Positions 11,001-21,155 of a stretch of 64,000 nt of DNA are shown in pieces; the first letter of the stretch is position 1; every line of letters begins with the position of its first letter. The stretch comes from a virus (lineage: Duplodnaviria > Caudoviricetes). Under the pieces are notes generated by a model. That model made no database searches and was not told the origin of the DNA. It saw only the letters and a list, made by a program, of their open reading frames with translations. The stretch lies in IMG/VR virus record IMGVR_UViG_3300032227_000318, positions 1-64,000 of that record. The stretch is one strand, 5' to 3'. A program made the translations under genes and the position numbers.

Positions 11001-11314
11001 AACCAAACTCGTCTTTCTGGTCTTAGACCTGAAGCTGTAAAACGAATCTGTTGTGAGCGCATATAAGGAATAATACTTACGTCCTGCACGCCATTATCAA
11101 ATGTGGCCGAGTCTGTGGTCACGATAATTTTTGGATTAGCCGGTGGTGTAGAAGCTGGTGGTGGAGTTTTAGGAAGTACCACTTTACTGCTTTTGTTACT
11201 ATTAGACTTAGAAGCAGAAGTTGGTCTATCACCTTGACTCTCATAAGATTTACCTGGTCCCGCATAGCTTGGGTCATTTCTGGGACTATTACCAGGATTA
11301 CTTCTAGTTGGCAT
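8072..11314 (-). CDS. Baseplate-associated structural protein, C-terminal half of DUF4815-type protein, with polyproline tract and Hint domain
   Basis: IIPYMRSQ, FRTGERIFR, DPIAQTF, QPYLGSFFKSQNASTW and final RAIAL motifs. Confidence 0.85.
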   Translation of the reverse strand: MPTRSNPGNSPRNDPSYAGPGKSYESQGDRPTSASKSNSNKSSKVVLPKTPPPASTPPANPKIIVTTDSATFDNGVQDVSIIPYMRSQQIRFTASGLRPERRVWFFFDDVDVTDYIIPSNEIRLNENDNVSSFNDGFSDADQIIVSSNTQNKSFIHSNKRRFDLENPNPALQDKGRDVPRKRIISVSNVSGTISISSTIQGSVTGNVGTVNSVVAIGDYNLDKFFDNSNATFVTLPRFASTMANNYWGTGGSNTIVLVPKNKKGGRAIRGYVTGWDNVSRRLTLANTIGNLITEFGYTSAFPSANSGNTIGNDIAWKIENDSAVAPGLYTDREGTIDGTFFIPPNFFRTGERIFRIIDTPQNDVTDCTTRAEIDFFASGLKQTKNRVTINDTDVTVIPSPVPRPPVPPPPPPPPPPPPPPTPPPLPPPKRPPPRPERPNSCCFKPYAMVSMADGSKKPICEIQAGDEVLSKNGISKVTDLIITHLGDRELYGFAGHEPFATEDHPFLTNKGWSAYKIGEYHNHLVRDNVENINWDPMTTEESVLHKSGFIPVDKIVTESGSVNQLVYALTLDDSSDHTYWVEDFLTHNKDNSTDPIAQTFFVEEGAYPNGVFLTAIDIYFRTKDPVLPVNVEIRPTVNGIPHSIQMVPFSKKTIKADKVRVSENASVPTKFTFNSPVYLEPGEYAIVITSSSLVYEVFVSEVGEKIIGTNRIVSSQPYLGSFFKSQNASTWDPIQLDDLTFKLYKAKFVTSGDVTMYNVKPKNTVNVDMMYTHVEDTTLPATAISYTHSYDSGSNYYSYIPDTNKVPDDRVTFDAVSDGSYRLKAVMTTTNQDVSPILYTDKAGVVAVENYIDDATLANDDILITAAGFGYASNANISVSITSTEGSGANAFATTNTTGSIVSITLDSLGSGYINTASIVFNSSNATTTNASAIIVGENSSSGGPVLAKYISRTVTLADTFDAGDLRVFVTAYRPPGTNIYVYYKVKNVNDSDSFSDKSWVLMNQETLQSLYSSKKVYNQIIEYEFRPKDYPNAISYSTASGTFNTFKQFALKIVMTTSDTTTYPVLHDMRAIALPALSQ
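9551..9991 (-). other. Hint (intein-like) domain, 147 aa, no endonuclease
   Basis: Block A CFKPYAMVSMADGSKKPICEI..GDEV, block B ATEDHPF, block F VYALTL...HTY, block G THN; +1 residue is Lys. Confidence 0.9.
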
Positions 11315-11348
11315 TATCTTTTATCCTTTTTATATGCAAATATATTTA

Positions 11349-14300
11349 TTAGTTCTTAGAACCAAAAAGAGTTGAGTATGCAAATGATTCTGTTATCAAT
11401 GGTGAATTGGCCCTTAACTGTGCCTGTCTTGTAGTTGGATTTATTGCATCCGCTACAATTAAAGCATCATTTTCGCCCAAGTTTATTATAACGTCAGGAG
11501 CTTGGTTTGTTTCAATCCAAATATCAGATTCAGGCGACAAGTCAACTTGACCAACCCATTGAGCAAGCATATATGGTTGTACTGGAACCCACTTAGTGGC
11601 TAGATTTTGTGTGATAAAATTCTCTTCAGTATAACTTAAAGTTATTGTTGATCCACTTACTTTTGTAGAATTGTTAGACTGTCTATACAACGGCATAAGC
11701 ACTGCTTCTTGAGGCGGTGTTGCGCCACCATAAACTCTATCTACAGCGATGAAGTAATCTGGATTTAATACTTCACCATATCCGTGAGTGGTAAAGTTAT
11801 CTGCAATAATACCATACTTAGTTCTTTCTAGACCGTTTACATCAACAATTGACATATCTGTTGTTGACTTTTCTAGAATAGAGAGTGTCTGATAATATTC
11901 TAAGTTTTCAATGCGTGTCTCAAGCTTACCAATATCTCTCATAGTATAACGCTTGTTTTCAACAAATTCCATATAGACGTTGTTTGTTGAAGCTGTATAT
12001 GGTTCAATGAACATCTTATATAGTATCATTGAATCTTGATCTGGTCTAGGTTCAATAGGATATTGTGATGGTTCACCATCCAGAATCTTGAAAGGAATAT
12101 CACCCTGTTTTGTGATAAGAACAAATGCTCTTCTGGCCAAAAAGTAATTATAGTCAAAAGTAAATGGAGTTCCTGTTACTGGAATTCTATTACCACTGAT
12201 TGTATAGTTAATATTTGTATTTGACTCATTGGCTCTCTTAGGTCTAAAATCAATTGAATCTCTTAAACTGTAAATAGTGCCTGATGAAGAAGTATATGAA
12301 GGTATTATACCATAATCAATATTAGAATAAGAGTCAACTGAGAAATAACCGCCTGAGCCTGAGTGCTGGAACCAATCGAAGCATACGACTAGAGGTCCTT
12401 TTGGTGTGCCGCTTCTAGGAGCAAGAGATATGGTTGAGTGATCATAATGAGAATCTTTTTGTCCATTATCAAAAACATACTTGCTTGTAACATCAGAATA
12501 TGAAGAAAGGCTTGCACCTGCTGATGGAATTGTTGCGCCATTTAAGTCATAGATTTTTGTAACTTGATTAACGTCTGTGTAGAACAAGCTCATCTTTGTT
12601 CCAGGAACCAAAGAAGGACCTGTAATCGATACTTGGCCACTACCACCATAAAGTCTAGTTGTTGTTCCATTAGCTGCAAAGGTATTGTTTGCAGCATGAG
12701 TAGAGAAGTGAGTAGTGTTAGCAGTAACAAGCGTCTTCGTCTTTGCTGCAATAGATGAACCTGAGTTTAGATACACCTTATAGAATACCTTTGCAGTGCC
12801 TGTTGTAAATGTTGTAGAGGTTAGAGTTGCTGTTGGTTCTGCTACTGTAACACTTGTTAAGTCTACGCGAGTGCCATTTGTTCTGAACACCATAAAGCTT
12901 GATAATGTAGATGCTGATCTGCCAGTACCGTCAGTTACACCAACGAATGTTTCACCTGTAGCTGAGGTAATTGTTGCTGAACCACCTGAGAATGTTAAAT
13001 CAGCTTGCTTTAGATATGAATAGTCTTGGTTTTGAATTGTTGATGGAACAATAAACTCATTACCAATGGTATAGACCAAACTATTGAATGCTGAATCGCC
13101 GATAACTGTAAGTCCATTTGCTAGACCATTGTCTTTGCTTAGTAGACTAATATCAGCATTACCTGTCGTGGTAGAAATAGAATTGGCATAAGCAAGAGAA
13201 TTAGCACCAGTAAATGATGTATCAAACAAACTAATAGTATATGTTGCTGTAGCTAAGTTTTGTGTATTAGATGCTGAATAATAGTTGATTGTTCTAAATC
13301 TACCGGTACCAATCTTTGTATTAACACCAATAGCAGATGTTTTGCTATTATAGAATTCAACATTTTGCATCGATGCAGTATCAAAATAACCCTTCATATT
13401 GTCAACATAAACATAGTTGCCATAGTTTACTGTCATTTCTCTATTGATGACAGAAGCATTGGATCTTGCTCTATCAACATCTAGTGATATCTGAGCAATG
13501 CTTTCATACTCATAACCCTTAACGTAAGCTTTACCTGGATCAAGAGTAATTTGGAACTTTGTATTGTCTGTAGGATGGTCATTAACATTAGCTCTAAAGC
13601 GACGAACAGTATAGTTGCCTGACTCATCGAATGTTCTGCGGGCCATTGTATCGCCAAGTTCTGAATAGATTGGATATCTAATCATCTTCTTAACAACACC
13701 ATTTTCAATTCTGAGAAGTTCAACAAACCTCTCATCGTCAATACTATCTAATGTGCGTGTAACAAGATCAAAGTTAATCTTCAATCTAGTTGCGCCAGGT
13801 GCCTGGTAATTAGATGCTTCTTGAGCTGGATCTAATAGAGATGTATCACTTGTTTCATCAACAATTGCTTCTGTAAATTCTAGACCAACTTTAGCATTGG
13901 CTCTTGTACCAAACCTATCAAGTACAATAGTCTGTGATGGTACTTTAACAAAATAACCATTGATGAAGAAGATACTGTCGTTCAGACTTACAAGAGAACC
14001 TGTACCTGTATGTGCAGTTGTTGCAATGTTGGCATAGTATCCTACATTTGACATTAAGGTTGTATTGTTTGGAAATTCTCTGCCTGAAAGGTATTTTACC
14101 ATCAGAACCGGCGGCGCAGTGTTTGTAGCTTCGGCTGTAGCTGAAACATATGCAATAACAGCAGAGTTACCTGATGTGAATGTAACGGCATTTGATTTAA
14201 ATACAGCAGCGGTAACATCTGTGTTTGCGTATGTTGACTCCAAGTTGATGTACTTGGCCCTTGTATCGACTGACAACTGACCGCCTAGAACGATGCTTCC

Positions 14301-14504
14301 GTTCTTAAATATATGATTACCAAATCTTTCGATCTGGTTCTGAAGAATAGTTTGTAACTGAGTAAGTTCTCTGGCCTGAACAGCATAACCGGGGCGGAAA
14401 AGAATGCGATGAAAATTCTTAGACTCATCAAAATCGTCGTAGTATGGAAGAACAGTTGTCTCCGTAGGTACGACTTTTGTATTTGCAATATTTGCGGTTG
14501 CCAT
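11349..14504 (-). CDS. Baseplate-associated structural protein, N-terminal half of DUF4815-type protein
   Basis: PYYDDFD..KNFHRILFRPG..VQARELTQLQTILQNQ, ARRTFDESGNY, NKRYTMRDIGKLE motifs. Confidence 0.85.
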   Translation of the reverse strand: MATANIANTKVVPTETTVLPYYDDFDESKNFHRILFRPGYAVQARELTQLQTILQNQIERFGNHIFKNGSIVLGGQLSVDTRAKYINLESTYANTDVTAAVFKSNAVTFTSGNSAVIAYVSATAEATNTAPPVLMVKYLSGREFPNNTTLMSNVGYYANIATTAHTGTGSLVSLNDSIFFINGYFVKVPSQTIVLDRFGTRANAKVGLEFTEAIVDETSDTSLLDPAQEASNYQAPGATRLKINFDLVTRTLDSIDDERFVELLRIENGVVKKMIRYPIYSELGDTMARRTFDESGNYTVRRFRANVNDHPTDNTKFQITLDPGKAYVKGYEYESIAQISLDVDRARSNASVINREMTVNYGNYVYVDNMKGYFDTASMQNVEFYNSKTSAIGVNTKIGTGRFRTINYYSASNTQNLATATYTISLFDTSFTGANSLAYANSISTTTGNADISLLSKDNGLANGLTVIGDSAFNSLVYTIGNEFIVPSTIQNQDYSYLKQADLTFSGGSATITSATGETFVGVTDGTGRSASTLSSFMVFRTNGTRVDLTSVTVAEPTATLTSTTFTTGTAKVFYKVYLNSGSSIAAKTKTLVTANTTHFSTHAANNTFAANGTTTRLYGGSGQVSITGPSLVPGTKMSLFYTDVNQVTKIYDLNGATIPSAGASLSSYSDVTSKYVFDNGQKDSHYDHSTISLAPRSGTPKGPLVVCFDWFQHSGSGGYFSVDSYSNIDYGIIPSYTSSSGTIYSLRDSIDFRPKRANESNTNINYTISGNRIPVTGTPFTFDYNYFLARRAFVLITKQGDIPFKILDGEPSQYPIEPRPDQDSMILYKMFIEPYTASTNNVYMEFVENKRYTMRDIGKLETRIENLEYYQTLSILEKSTTDMSIVDVNGLERTKYGIIADNFTTHGYGEVLNPDYFIAVDRVYGGATPPQEAVLMPLYRQSNNSTKVSGSTITLSYTEENFITQNLATKWVPVQPYMLAQWVGQVDLSPESDIWIETNQAPDVIINLGENDALIVADAINPTTRQAQLRANSPLITESFAYSTLFGSKN

Positions 14505-14513
14505 TTTTTTTCC

Positions 14514-15824
14514 TTAAAACTTAATTACGATTTTATATTCTTCAGTTTGATCTTCAGATCGAGTTATTGGTGGTACGTTATCGGTATATATCAATCTTCC
14601 ACTATACGCTGATGATTCTGGTGAGCTATATGAGGTCACAAAGCGCGAAACAACAGAATTTGCGCCAACAATAGTATCTGATACTAAAGGCGTACCTTCT
14701 GTATTTATCAAATAAATTTTACTGTTTACTGAATCCCAACTTAAAACAGTGCCTCTAAATGAGCTGACTCCAAGGCTAATACCCTGATATACTCTTTCGT
14801 TTTCAAAGTAATCACCAGAACCTACAGTAGTTACCACAGTGGCCTGCAAGAAATTTGTATTAGATAGTGAAGTGTTTCCTGTTAGGTAATCTTTTGGATT
14901 AGATATTAGAGATACTTGTCTGTAGTCATTTGCTATAGGTAATTTGCCGCCTTCACTACCTTTGATTCTTCCATTAAGCATAATATTAGAACCGCCAAGT
15001 TCATATAATGGATCGCTACCGTGTCCACCCGGTGGAGCAATGATTGCTCTACCTGAAGCACCTGTGCCTCCGCCGCCTGTAATGAAGATAGATGCTCTGG
15101 TATATCCAGTACCTTTAGCTAAAATACTAAATGCATTAACTGTTTGTGAAACGGTATTGATTGTTGCTACAGCAGATGCATCTTGACCATCACCGCTTAT
15201 TTCTACAGTTATGTTGCTTGCGTTTGAATAATTAGCGCCGCCATTAGTCAAAACGATAGAATGCAGGCCGCCTTCAATAGCGTTCTGTTGAACCTGCCAT
15301 TGAGTACTACCGTCATCATTAGCTAGTGTCTTTACTGGGATAAAATCATTTGAGCTAAATCTAAGACGCTCATAATCAGAAATAGAATATAGATATTTCC
15401 AAACATAACCATCAGCGGTAACAAGATCGGCTGTAGTTGATACAGTAACAGGTTCAGTGTTTGACTTACTGCTGCTATTGTTTGCAATGCACTTGAACAC
15501 ATTCCACTGTGAGTTGACCACATAAAAATTAGTAGCAGAAGACATATGATCATAAGCAGGATAACTGGTATTTGCAGCCCAGTTAATTCTAGGAATAACA
15601 TGATTGACATCATTACCAGTTATTCTCTTACCGCCAATCATATTTTTCCATATGTCATAATTTGACACAGGCGCAGTATTGGATAATGGAGGATTATTTT
15701 CGTCTGGCCAAGCTTCAGTTTTACCGAAGGTTAAGTATAGATATGTCGGTGACGGTTCAGAAACGGATTCTTTGAACTGTTCTGCATTGTTCACTCTGAA
15801 ATTAATTGAGGTGTCTGAAAACAT
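14514..15824 (-). CDS. gp8: Baseplate wedge subunit gp8
   Basis: FYVVNSQWNVFKC, DGYVWKYLY, PPGGHG.DP..ELG, ITRSEDQTEEYKIVIKF. Confidence 0.9.
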   Translation of the reverse strand: MFSDTSINFRVNNAEQFKESVSEPSPTYLYLTFGKTEAWPDENNPPLSNTAPVSNYDIWKNMIGGKRITGNDVNHVIPRINWAANTSYPAYDHMSSATNFYVVNSQWNVFKCIANNSSSKSNTEPVTVSTTADLVTADGYVWKYLYSISDYERLRFSSNDFIPVKTLANDDGSTQWQVQQNAIEGGLHSIVLTNGGANYSNASNITVEISGDGQDASAVATINTVSQTVNAFSILAKGTGYTRASIFITGGGGTGASGRAIIAPPGGHGSDPLYELGGSNIMLNGRIKGSEGGKLPIANDYRQVSLISNPKDYLTGNTSLSNTNFLQATVVTTVGSGDYFENERVYQGISLGVSSFRGTVLSWDSVNSKIYLINTEGTPLVSDTIVGANSVVSRFVTSYSSPESSAYSGRLIYTDNVPPITRSEDQTEEYKIVIKF

Positions 15825-15849
15825 TTTTTATCCTATAATCTTCAATTAT

Positions 15850-18006
15850 TTATGCGCTCATTAGAATAACAGTAACGTTACCAGATGACGTTGTGACATT
15901 TGAGTGTGTAACATTGAAGGTATTTACGTTTGAAGCTATTACGTTACCAACCATGAATATACCATTTGTCAAGTTAGCAGTATCACCGCTATTGAACTCA
16001 ATGTATACGTTGTTAGTATTGGCAAATCCATGTGTCGTTAAGTAAACAAAGATACTATTTGAATTTGATGTTCGATATGTGCCGTCTCTGTAGTATCTTA
16101 AATTAATATTAGATGATGCCATAGATACTTGAGAATTGACAATGTTAGAGATATATGTGTGTTCACCAAACAACTTTGTACCGGCGGGTTGAACCAAATC
16201 TCTCAGTACATTTTTATAGGCTGAGATCGACTCTCTAATCTTTATGACGAATGAGTGATTCTGATAATAATCTCTATCTTGCAAGAAGTTAAATGAACTT
16301 AAGTGACCGTCATCATTAATATAGCGACCTGGCTTTGTAATGATACCTTCAAGTAGAATTGGTTCAAGAATAGCAGTGCCGTCACCAGATGTGGTCATAT
16401 CTAGAGTGGTGTTCTGCGCTGTATATGATGAACCACCCGCAACAATAGAAACACGTTCAATACGACCAATGACTGAGTTGGCTTCTTTGAAGCTGCCGCC
16501 TGTACCGAGAATTGCAGTGACCATAACGTTTGCGCCGGTTCCTGTTGTCGATATAACATTAGCTATTGGTAGACGATCATATGAGTAACCAAGACCGCCA
16601 GGTATTTCTCCATATGGGATAAACTTAACCTGCCTAATCATACCATTTGCAGCAACGTTTGTTACATTGCCTCGGGCAGCATAACCATAAGTATCAGGAT
16701 AGTTGAGGAACTCAATCTGATTGCCTACAGCATATCCAAGACCGCCGTTCACAATCTCCATTCTTCCTAAAATACCAAGAGACTTGATAGATGTGTTACC
16801 AAAAATACCTATTGTTGGGCTAATATATCCTGCGCCAGGTTCATTAACTGTGATAAGTCTAACTGGGCCTGTGTTTGCAAATACCCAATAAGAAAGAGAG
16901 TTAGCTAGTGTCGTATTAGCATTTGCAGGATTTGTAAACCCTGAAAAATATAGACCGTAGTTAACGTTATTGATGCCAGCATTAGCTATAGATGCAATAG
17001 TTGTGTAATATATATTGTACGTATTTTGATGATATGTTTCATCTGTGTTTGCGGTAGAAACATAAGCATTTGCACCTAGACCTTCAGGATCCGAGATAGC
17101 TAAAAAGTCACCTACTCTGTAACCTGCACCGCCGTCAATATATCCATAATCATTCGATATTACTGTTACGGCCGCAATATTACCTGTTGATACTTTATCA
17201 ACTGTGATAATCGCGCCGCTGGCCAATTCATCTGTAGTAACAACAGGAACATTATCACCTTTTTTATATGTTGTGCCTGGATTAACAATCTTGACACCAT
17301 TGAAGATACCGCCGAACACTCGCCCGGTGACCATCTTTGTTTCTGTTGCTTCATCAAAATACGCACGGATTGTTTCGCCTGCTTTGAAGACACCTTTAAT
17401 TTCTGAAATTACAAGTTCATCCACACGGACGTTTTTATCAAAAAAGCGACTGACAGATTCAACCTTAGCTGAAGCATTAGATGTATTACCTGTAATTTTT
17501 CTGCTAATAAACTTTTCAAGGGCTGATGTTGTGGTATTAGCTACACCATTAATAGTTTCTTCTGTAACTCTAAGAGTTCTTTCAACATACCACTTACCAT
17601 CTGAAGCTCTAAGAACATCTGACTTTGGATAATAAAATTCAATTTCTTCATTGAAGAGTACACGCATAAGAAAACGCATTGACTTTTCAGTTCCTGTTGA
17701 ACGATAAAAGTCTTTAGCATTCTTCAATATTAATTTTTTATCAGCCTGTAAATCTTTTGGAATAAGATTCAGAAATCTCTGAAACAATATATCTGAGAAA
17801 TCATCTAGAGTATTATCAATATCCAGATAAGTCAATAGGTTCTTGGATCTTTCAGTTGTTTTACCAAACTGTAAGGTATTGTTAGACTGTTCTAGATATT
17901 CATAGTATGCTTCTAGAAAAGCTACAAAGTTTGGATGATCGTTCCTAACAAAGAACGGAAGTTGACTAGAAACTACTGTTGAAATCTTTGAATTCGTATT
18001 AGCCAT
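15850..18006 (-). CDS. gp7: Baseplate wedge subunit gp7-like
   Basis: QLP.FVR..HP.FV.FLEAYYEYLE, FYRSTGTEKS, LQDRDYYQNHSF, PAGTKLFGE; lies between gp6 and gp8. Confidence 0.8.
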   Translation of the reverse strand: MANTNSKISTVVSSQLPFFVRNDHPNFVAFLEAYYEYLEQSNNTLQFGKTTERSKNLLTYLDIDNTLDDFSDILFQRFLNLIPKDLQADKKLILKNAKDFYRSTGTEKSMRFLMRVLFNEEIEFYYPKSDVLRASDGKWYVERTLRVTEETINGVANTTTSALEKFISRKITGNTSNASAKVESVSRFFDKNVRVDELVISEIKGVFKAGETIRAYFDEATETKMVTGRVFGGIFNGVKIVNPGTTYKKGDNVPVVTTDELASGAIITVDKVSTGNIAAVTVISNDYGYIDGGAGYRVGDFLAISDPEGLGANAYVSTANTDETYHQNTYNIYYTTIASIANAGINNVNYGLYFSGFTNPANANTTLANSLSYWVFANTGPVRLITVNEPGAGYISPTIGIFGNTSIKSLGILGRMEIVNGGLGYAVGNQIEFLNYPDTYGYAARGNVTNVAANGMIRQVKFIPYGEIPGGLGYSYDRLPIANVISTTGTGANVMVTAILGTGGSFKEANSVIGRIERVSIVAGGSSYTAQNTTLDMTTSGDGTAILEPILLEGIITKPGRYINDDGHLSSFNFLQDRDYYQNHSFVIKIRESISAYKNVLRDLVQPAGTKLFGEHTYISNIVNSQVSMASSNINLRYYRDGTYRTSNSNSIFVYLTTHGFANTNNVYIEFNSGDTANLTNGIFMVGNVIASNVNTFNVTHSNVTTSSGNVTVILMSA

Positions 18007-20054
18007 TATTCAGGCACTACACTAATTTGAATTGCATTCACATCAGCCAAATCAATATCAAGAATACCGTTTCTAGACTGTCTCACAACATCTGTATTAG
18101 GTTTAATACTTATTGTCAAGATATTAGTATCATACTCTGTATTTTCTTTAGTAGATATGGTATAGAAGTTCTTTAGAATAATTTGGCCTAAATCATAGTC
18201 AATTGTGCCGGCATCTGAATTAACAATGACTTTTTCACCATTATCTTTGAAGTAATATGTTCTAATTGTGCCATTTCTAAATTGCAACGATGGTTGAGCA
18301 GTAGCACCTGATCCGCCACCACCAGTTATAGCTGCTGTGGCTCTTGTATATCCTGTGCCTCTAGAAGTCAATTCAATTGAGTTTAACTTTCCATTTACAA
18401 TACGTGCGATAGCAGTAGCACCTGTTCCATCACCTGTAATGGTAACGGTCGGCGCAACTAGATATCCTCTGCCTGGATCAATTACCTTAACGCTGTCGAT
18501 ACCTGTAAATGAACCTACAATTTCTTCAAAATATACATCTCGTTCTATGTTATTAAGATCATATGTTTTTACTGATGGATAACTATACAAACCTTCAGTT
18601 ATTCCGCCTCTGTGGAGAGACGTTGAGAAGTTTACGATATAATTTTGTTTAGACTCAGGAACTAATGTAACTCTTTTCTGCAACAAAGTTGTAACTTCAC
18701 TGCTCAGTATTGACTGGTGCGCTCTATCAATATAGTTGTGTACCACCGAGTTTCTATAAACAGAACCAAATGCGCTAAGGTTATCAATGGTGTAATCTTC
18801 GATAGCTGCTCTTACAAGACTAGTGATCTGTGCTTCATCTAAGTCTGTTAGTGATGGTTTCCAATTAACAACTGTTCTTAATAGAATATATGTATAGTCT
18901 GGGTCAATGATTTCTGGAAATACGGTAACAACGCTTCTGTTTGTGATAACGTCATTAACAATTCTCTCTTTTTCGGTTGTTGTAAATTCATAGTTGCCAA
19001 TTGGTTTTAGAGAGATGAACACTTTACCATAAACTGGCGGATCATTTTCGTCACCTGACCAAATTGAGATAGAACTAATATTTGGATAATCTTTCATTAA
19101 TAACGATTCAAAGTCTGTTTTTGTAACTGCTCTATTCTGTGAGGTATAGTGTATAGGTGCTCTATATCTAATTTGTTCTACTGTTTCTTTATCTGATCCT
19201 GCATCAGCCGGTGATACTGAAACAACCGATACGTTAGAATAACCACCAATAGCTGTTGTATTCACAAACGAGTTGGCCTTATTTGCTTCTGCACCAGATG
19301 TATCAAGATATTTGATGATAACAATATTACCATTTGCTGGTTGTTTTCCAAGAACACCATCACCAAAATATACAACATAATTTTGGTCTGAGGCTTCTTC
19401 AACAAAGAATACAGTCGAGTTAGCAGTTATCTCTGTGAGGTCTTGTGCTAATGTGTACTTTGTTATATAAGTATTAGCTGCTGACTCTTGCACTGTAACA
19501 GTGATGGTTGATGTGTCGGCATTGGCTGAAGGCAGTGAATATCTTCTATTAGAATTAGCTACAGTGTAATACAGGTTTGAAGTTTCGCCCTGCTTGAGTT
19601 CAATATTATTGAATGTGAACTTGCCACCACTTTTAGCTGCAATAGCTGATTCTGTGGTAGAGAATATGTAATTTACGCCGTCAATAGGTTCAGATACAAA
19701 GCGAGTAAACTGCGGTAAAACTAAAGCAGATTCGGTATCACCAACAGGCGGTGTCACGACAACATCTACTGTAGCTACCGCGCCCGTGCGTGAGCGAGGC
19801 ACATAATTGGTTAGTTTAGCTAAAGATAGTACTGAGTTGCGAATCTGTGCAGTATCCAAGAACATTTCATTGCCGATCATGTTCAGGTAATATGCATTGT
19901 AGTGAGTATTGTAGGCCAAGATATCAAGAAGTACAGATAAACCTGAACCATCAAAGTCATAGTCTGTAAATTCTGCTTGACTATTTAAATAGTTCTTTAG
20001 ATTTTCTCTGATACTATTGAAGTCTAGTTCAGAAATTCTAATTGCGCCCGCCAT
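18006..20054 (-). CDS. gp6: Baseplate wedge subunit gp6
   Basis: ELDFNSIRENLK..FTDYDFDGSGLSVLLDILAYNTHY, QNRAVT..D; start moved to MAGAIRIS. Confidence 0.93.
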   Translation of the reverse strand: MAGAIRISELDFNSIRENLKNYLNSQAEFTDYDFDGSGLSVLLDILAYNTHYNAYYLNMIGNEMFLDTAQIRNSVLSLAKLTNYVPRSRTGAVATVDVVVTPPVGDTESALVLPQFTRFVSEPIDGVNYIFSTTESAIAAKSGGKFTFNNIELKQGETSNLYYTVANSNRRYSLPSANADTSTITVTVQESAANTYITKYTLAQDLTEITANSTVFFVEEASDQNYVVYFGDGVLGKQPANGNIVIIKYLDTSGAEANKANSFVNTTAIGGYSNVSVVSVSPADAGSDKETVEQIRYRAPIHYTSQNRAVTKTDFESLLMKDYPNISSISIWSGDENDPPVYGKVFISLKPIGNYEFTTTEKERIVNDVITNRSVVTVFPEIIDPDYTYILLRTVVNWKPSLTDLDEAQITSLVRAAIEDYTIDNLSAFGSVYRNSVVHNYIDRAHQSILSSEVTTLLQKRVTLVPESKQNYIVNFSTSLHRGGITEGLYSYPSVKTYDLNNIERDVYFEEIVGSFTGIDSVKVIDPGRGYLVAPTVTITGDGTGATAIARIVNGKLNSIELTSRGTGYTRATAAITGGGGSGATAQPSLQFRNGTIRTYYFKDNGEKVIVNSDAGTIDYDLGQIILKNFYTISTKENTEYDTNILTISIKPNTDVVRQSRNGILDIDLADVNAIQISVVPE

Positions 20055-20055
20055 T

Positions 20056-20691
20056 TTAACCTCTGCACATATTGTCGTCACTTAAAGTGGCAACATTAAA
20101 TTTATTGTGTTTTTTGCCTTTGTTGTTTTGGCCCATTTTTTTACCTACAATTTTCATATTTTCTAATGCTTGACCTGTTCGTTTTTTACCTGTATTAGAA
20201 GCAACTCTCTTTTCAATTGATTCTGGACTTTGTTTTCTTCCTAACAGTTTCATTCTTTGTTTTTCTATACTTTCTAGGCTTCTTTTACGGCCTTTTAAAG
20301 AATTACTTATTTTTTGTCTTTCTTCTATTGTTTTATGATCACCTAAACGATTTTTATTACCTTTTGCCTTTTGAATAACAACATTTCTTTTATAGCTATC
20401 TGTTGACCAATGACCAAAATGGTGATTGTTTAGGTTATAATATCGGTCACCAAGTTCTTCATTTTTGATCTTAGATAACCATTTGTGTTCTTCTTCTAAT
20501 AAATCTTTCCTTGTAGTATAGATTCTACTTAATATTCTTCTTTTAAAATCTTGAGGTCTATGTTTATATCCTTGTTTCATCCAAGTTGATGAACAAATAT
20601 AACCATCATTTTCTTTACCCCATCTACATCCAATATAGTATCGCTTATGTTTCTTGTCGTACCATAGATAAACAAATCCATATTTTTCCAT
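20056..20691 (-). CDS. Free-standing GIY-YIG homing endonuclease (Seg-like) with NUMOD3-like repeats
   Basis: GFVY...YYIG...Y..SS, YYN, then repeated K.S.ESIEK motifs; inserted between gp25 and gp6. Confidence 0.85.
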   Translation of the reverse strand: MEKYGFVYLWYDKKHKRYYIGCRWGKENDGYICSSTWMKQGYKHRPQDFKRRILSRIYTTRKDLLEEEHKWLSKIKNEELGDRYYNLNNHHFGHWSTDSYKRNVVIQKAKGNKNRLGDHKTIEERQKISNSLKGRKRSLESIEKQRMKLLGRKQSPESIEKRVASNTGKKRTGQALENMKIVGKKMGQNNKGKKHNKFNVATLSDDNMCRG

Positions 20692-20730
20692 AGTTATACT
20701 CCTTTCAGAGTATTTAGTAAAGTATAGATT

Positions 20731-21132
20731 TCATCTAACTCTCTCTAAGAAAATTGTTGTAACATAAGGTTCTTGTCTGTTGTTAACTTGGAAAACAATT
20801 CTAGCCGTATACCCATTGTTATCTGGATCTGCAACCACATTTACAGTTGATACAATTGCTCGGGGTTCAAAGTTTTCTATAACGTCTTTAATGTGCTGCT
20901 GTATTAGATTGGCTGTCAGGGGCGAAATATTATCAAAGAGCAACTTTTGTGCGCTAGATCCAATATAAGAACGAAAAGGTCTTTCATAGAAATTTGTCAA
21001 TACAAGATTTCTGATAGCTCGTCCAATTGCTATTGGACCAACTACTTTATTAATATCTTTCGTTACAGGATGAACATTAAAGTCCAAATCTATATCGGTG
21101 TAGTCTTTTGCTCTTGATACTGTACTCGTCAT
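20731..21132 (-). CDS. gp25: Baseplate wedge subunit gp25
   Basis: DIDLDF..HPVTKD, IRNLVLTNFYERPF, IENFEPR. Confidence 0.92.
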   Translation of the reverse strand: MTSTVSRAKDYTDIDLDFNVHPVTKDINKVVGPIAIGRAIRNLVLTNFYERPFRSYIGSSAQKLLFDNISPLTANLIQQHIKDVIENFEPRAIVSTVNVVADPDNNGYTARIVFQVNNRQEPYVTTIFLERVR

Positions 21133-21155
21133 GTTTTATTTATCCTATGCCTAGC

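Noticed and set aside
20056-20691. Homing endonucleases as group I intron ORFs
   Set aside because: Flanking genes are intact and no intron core was recognisable; all four appear free-standing.
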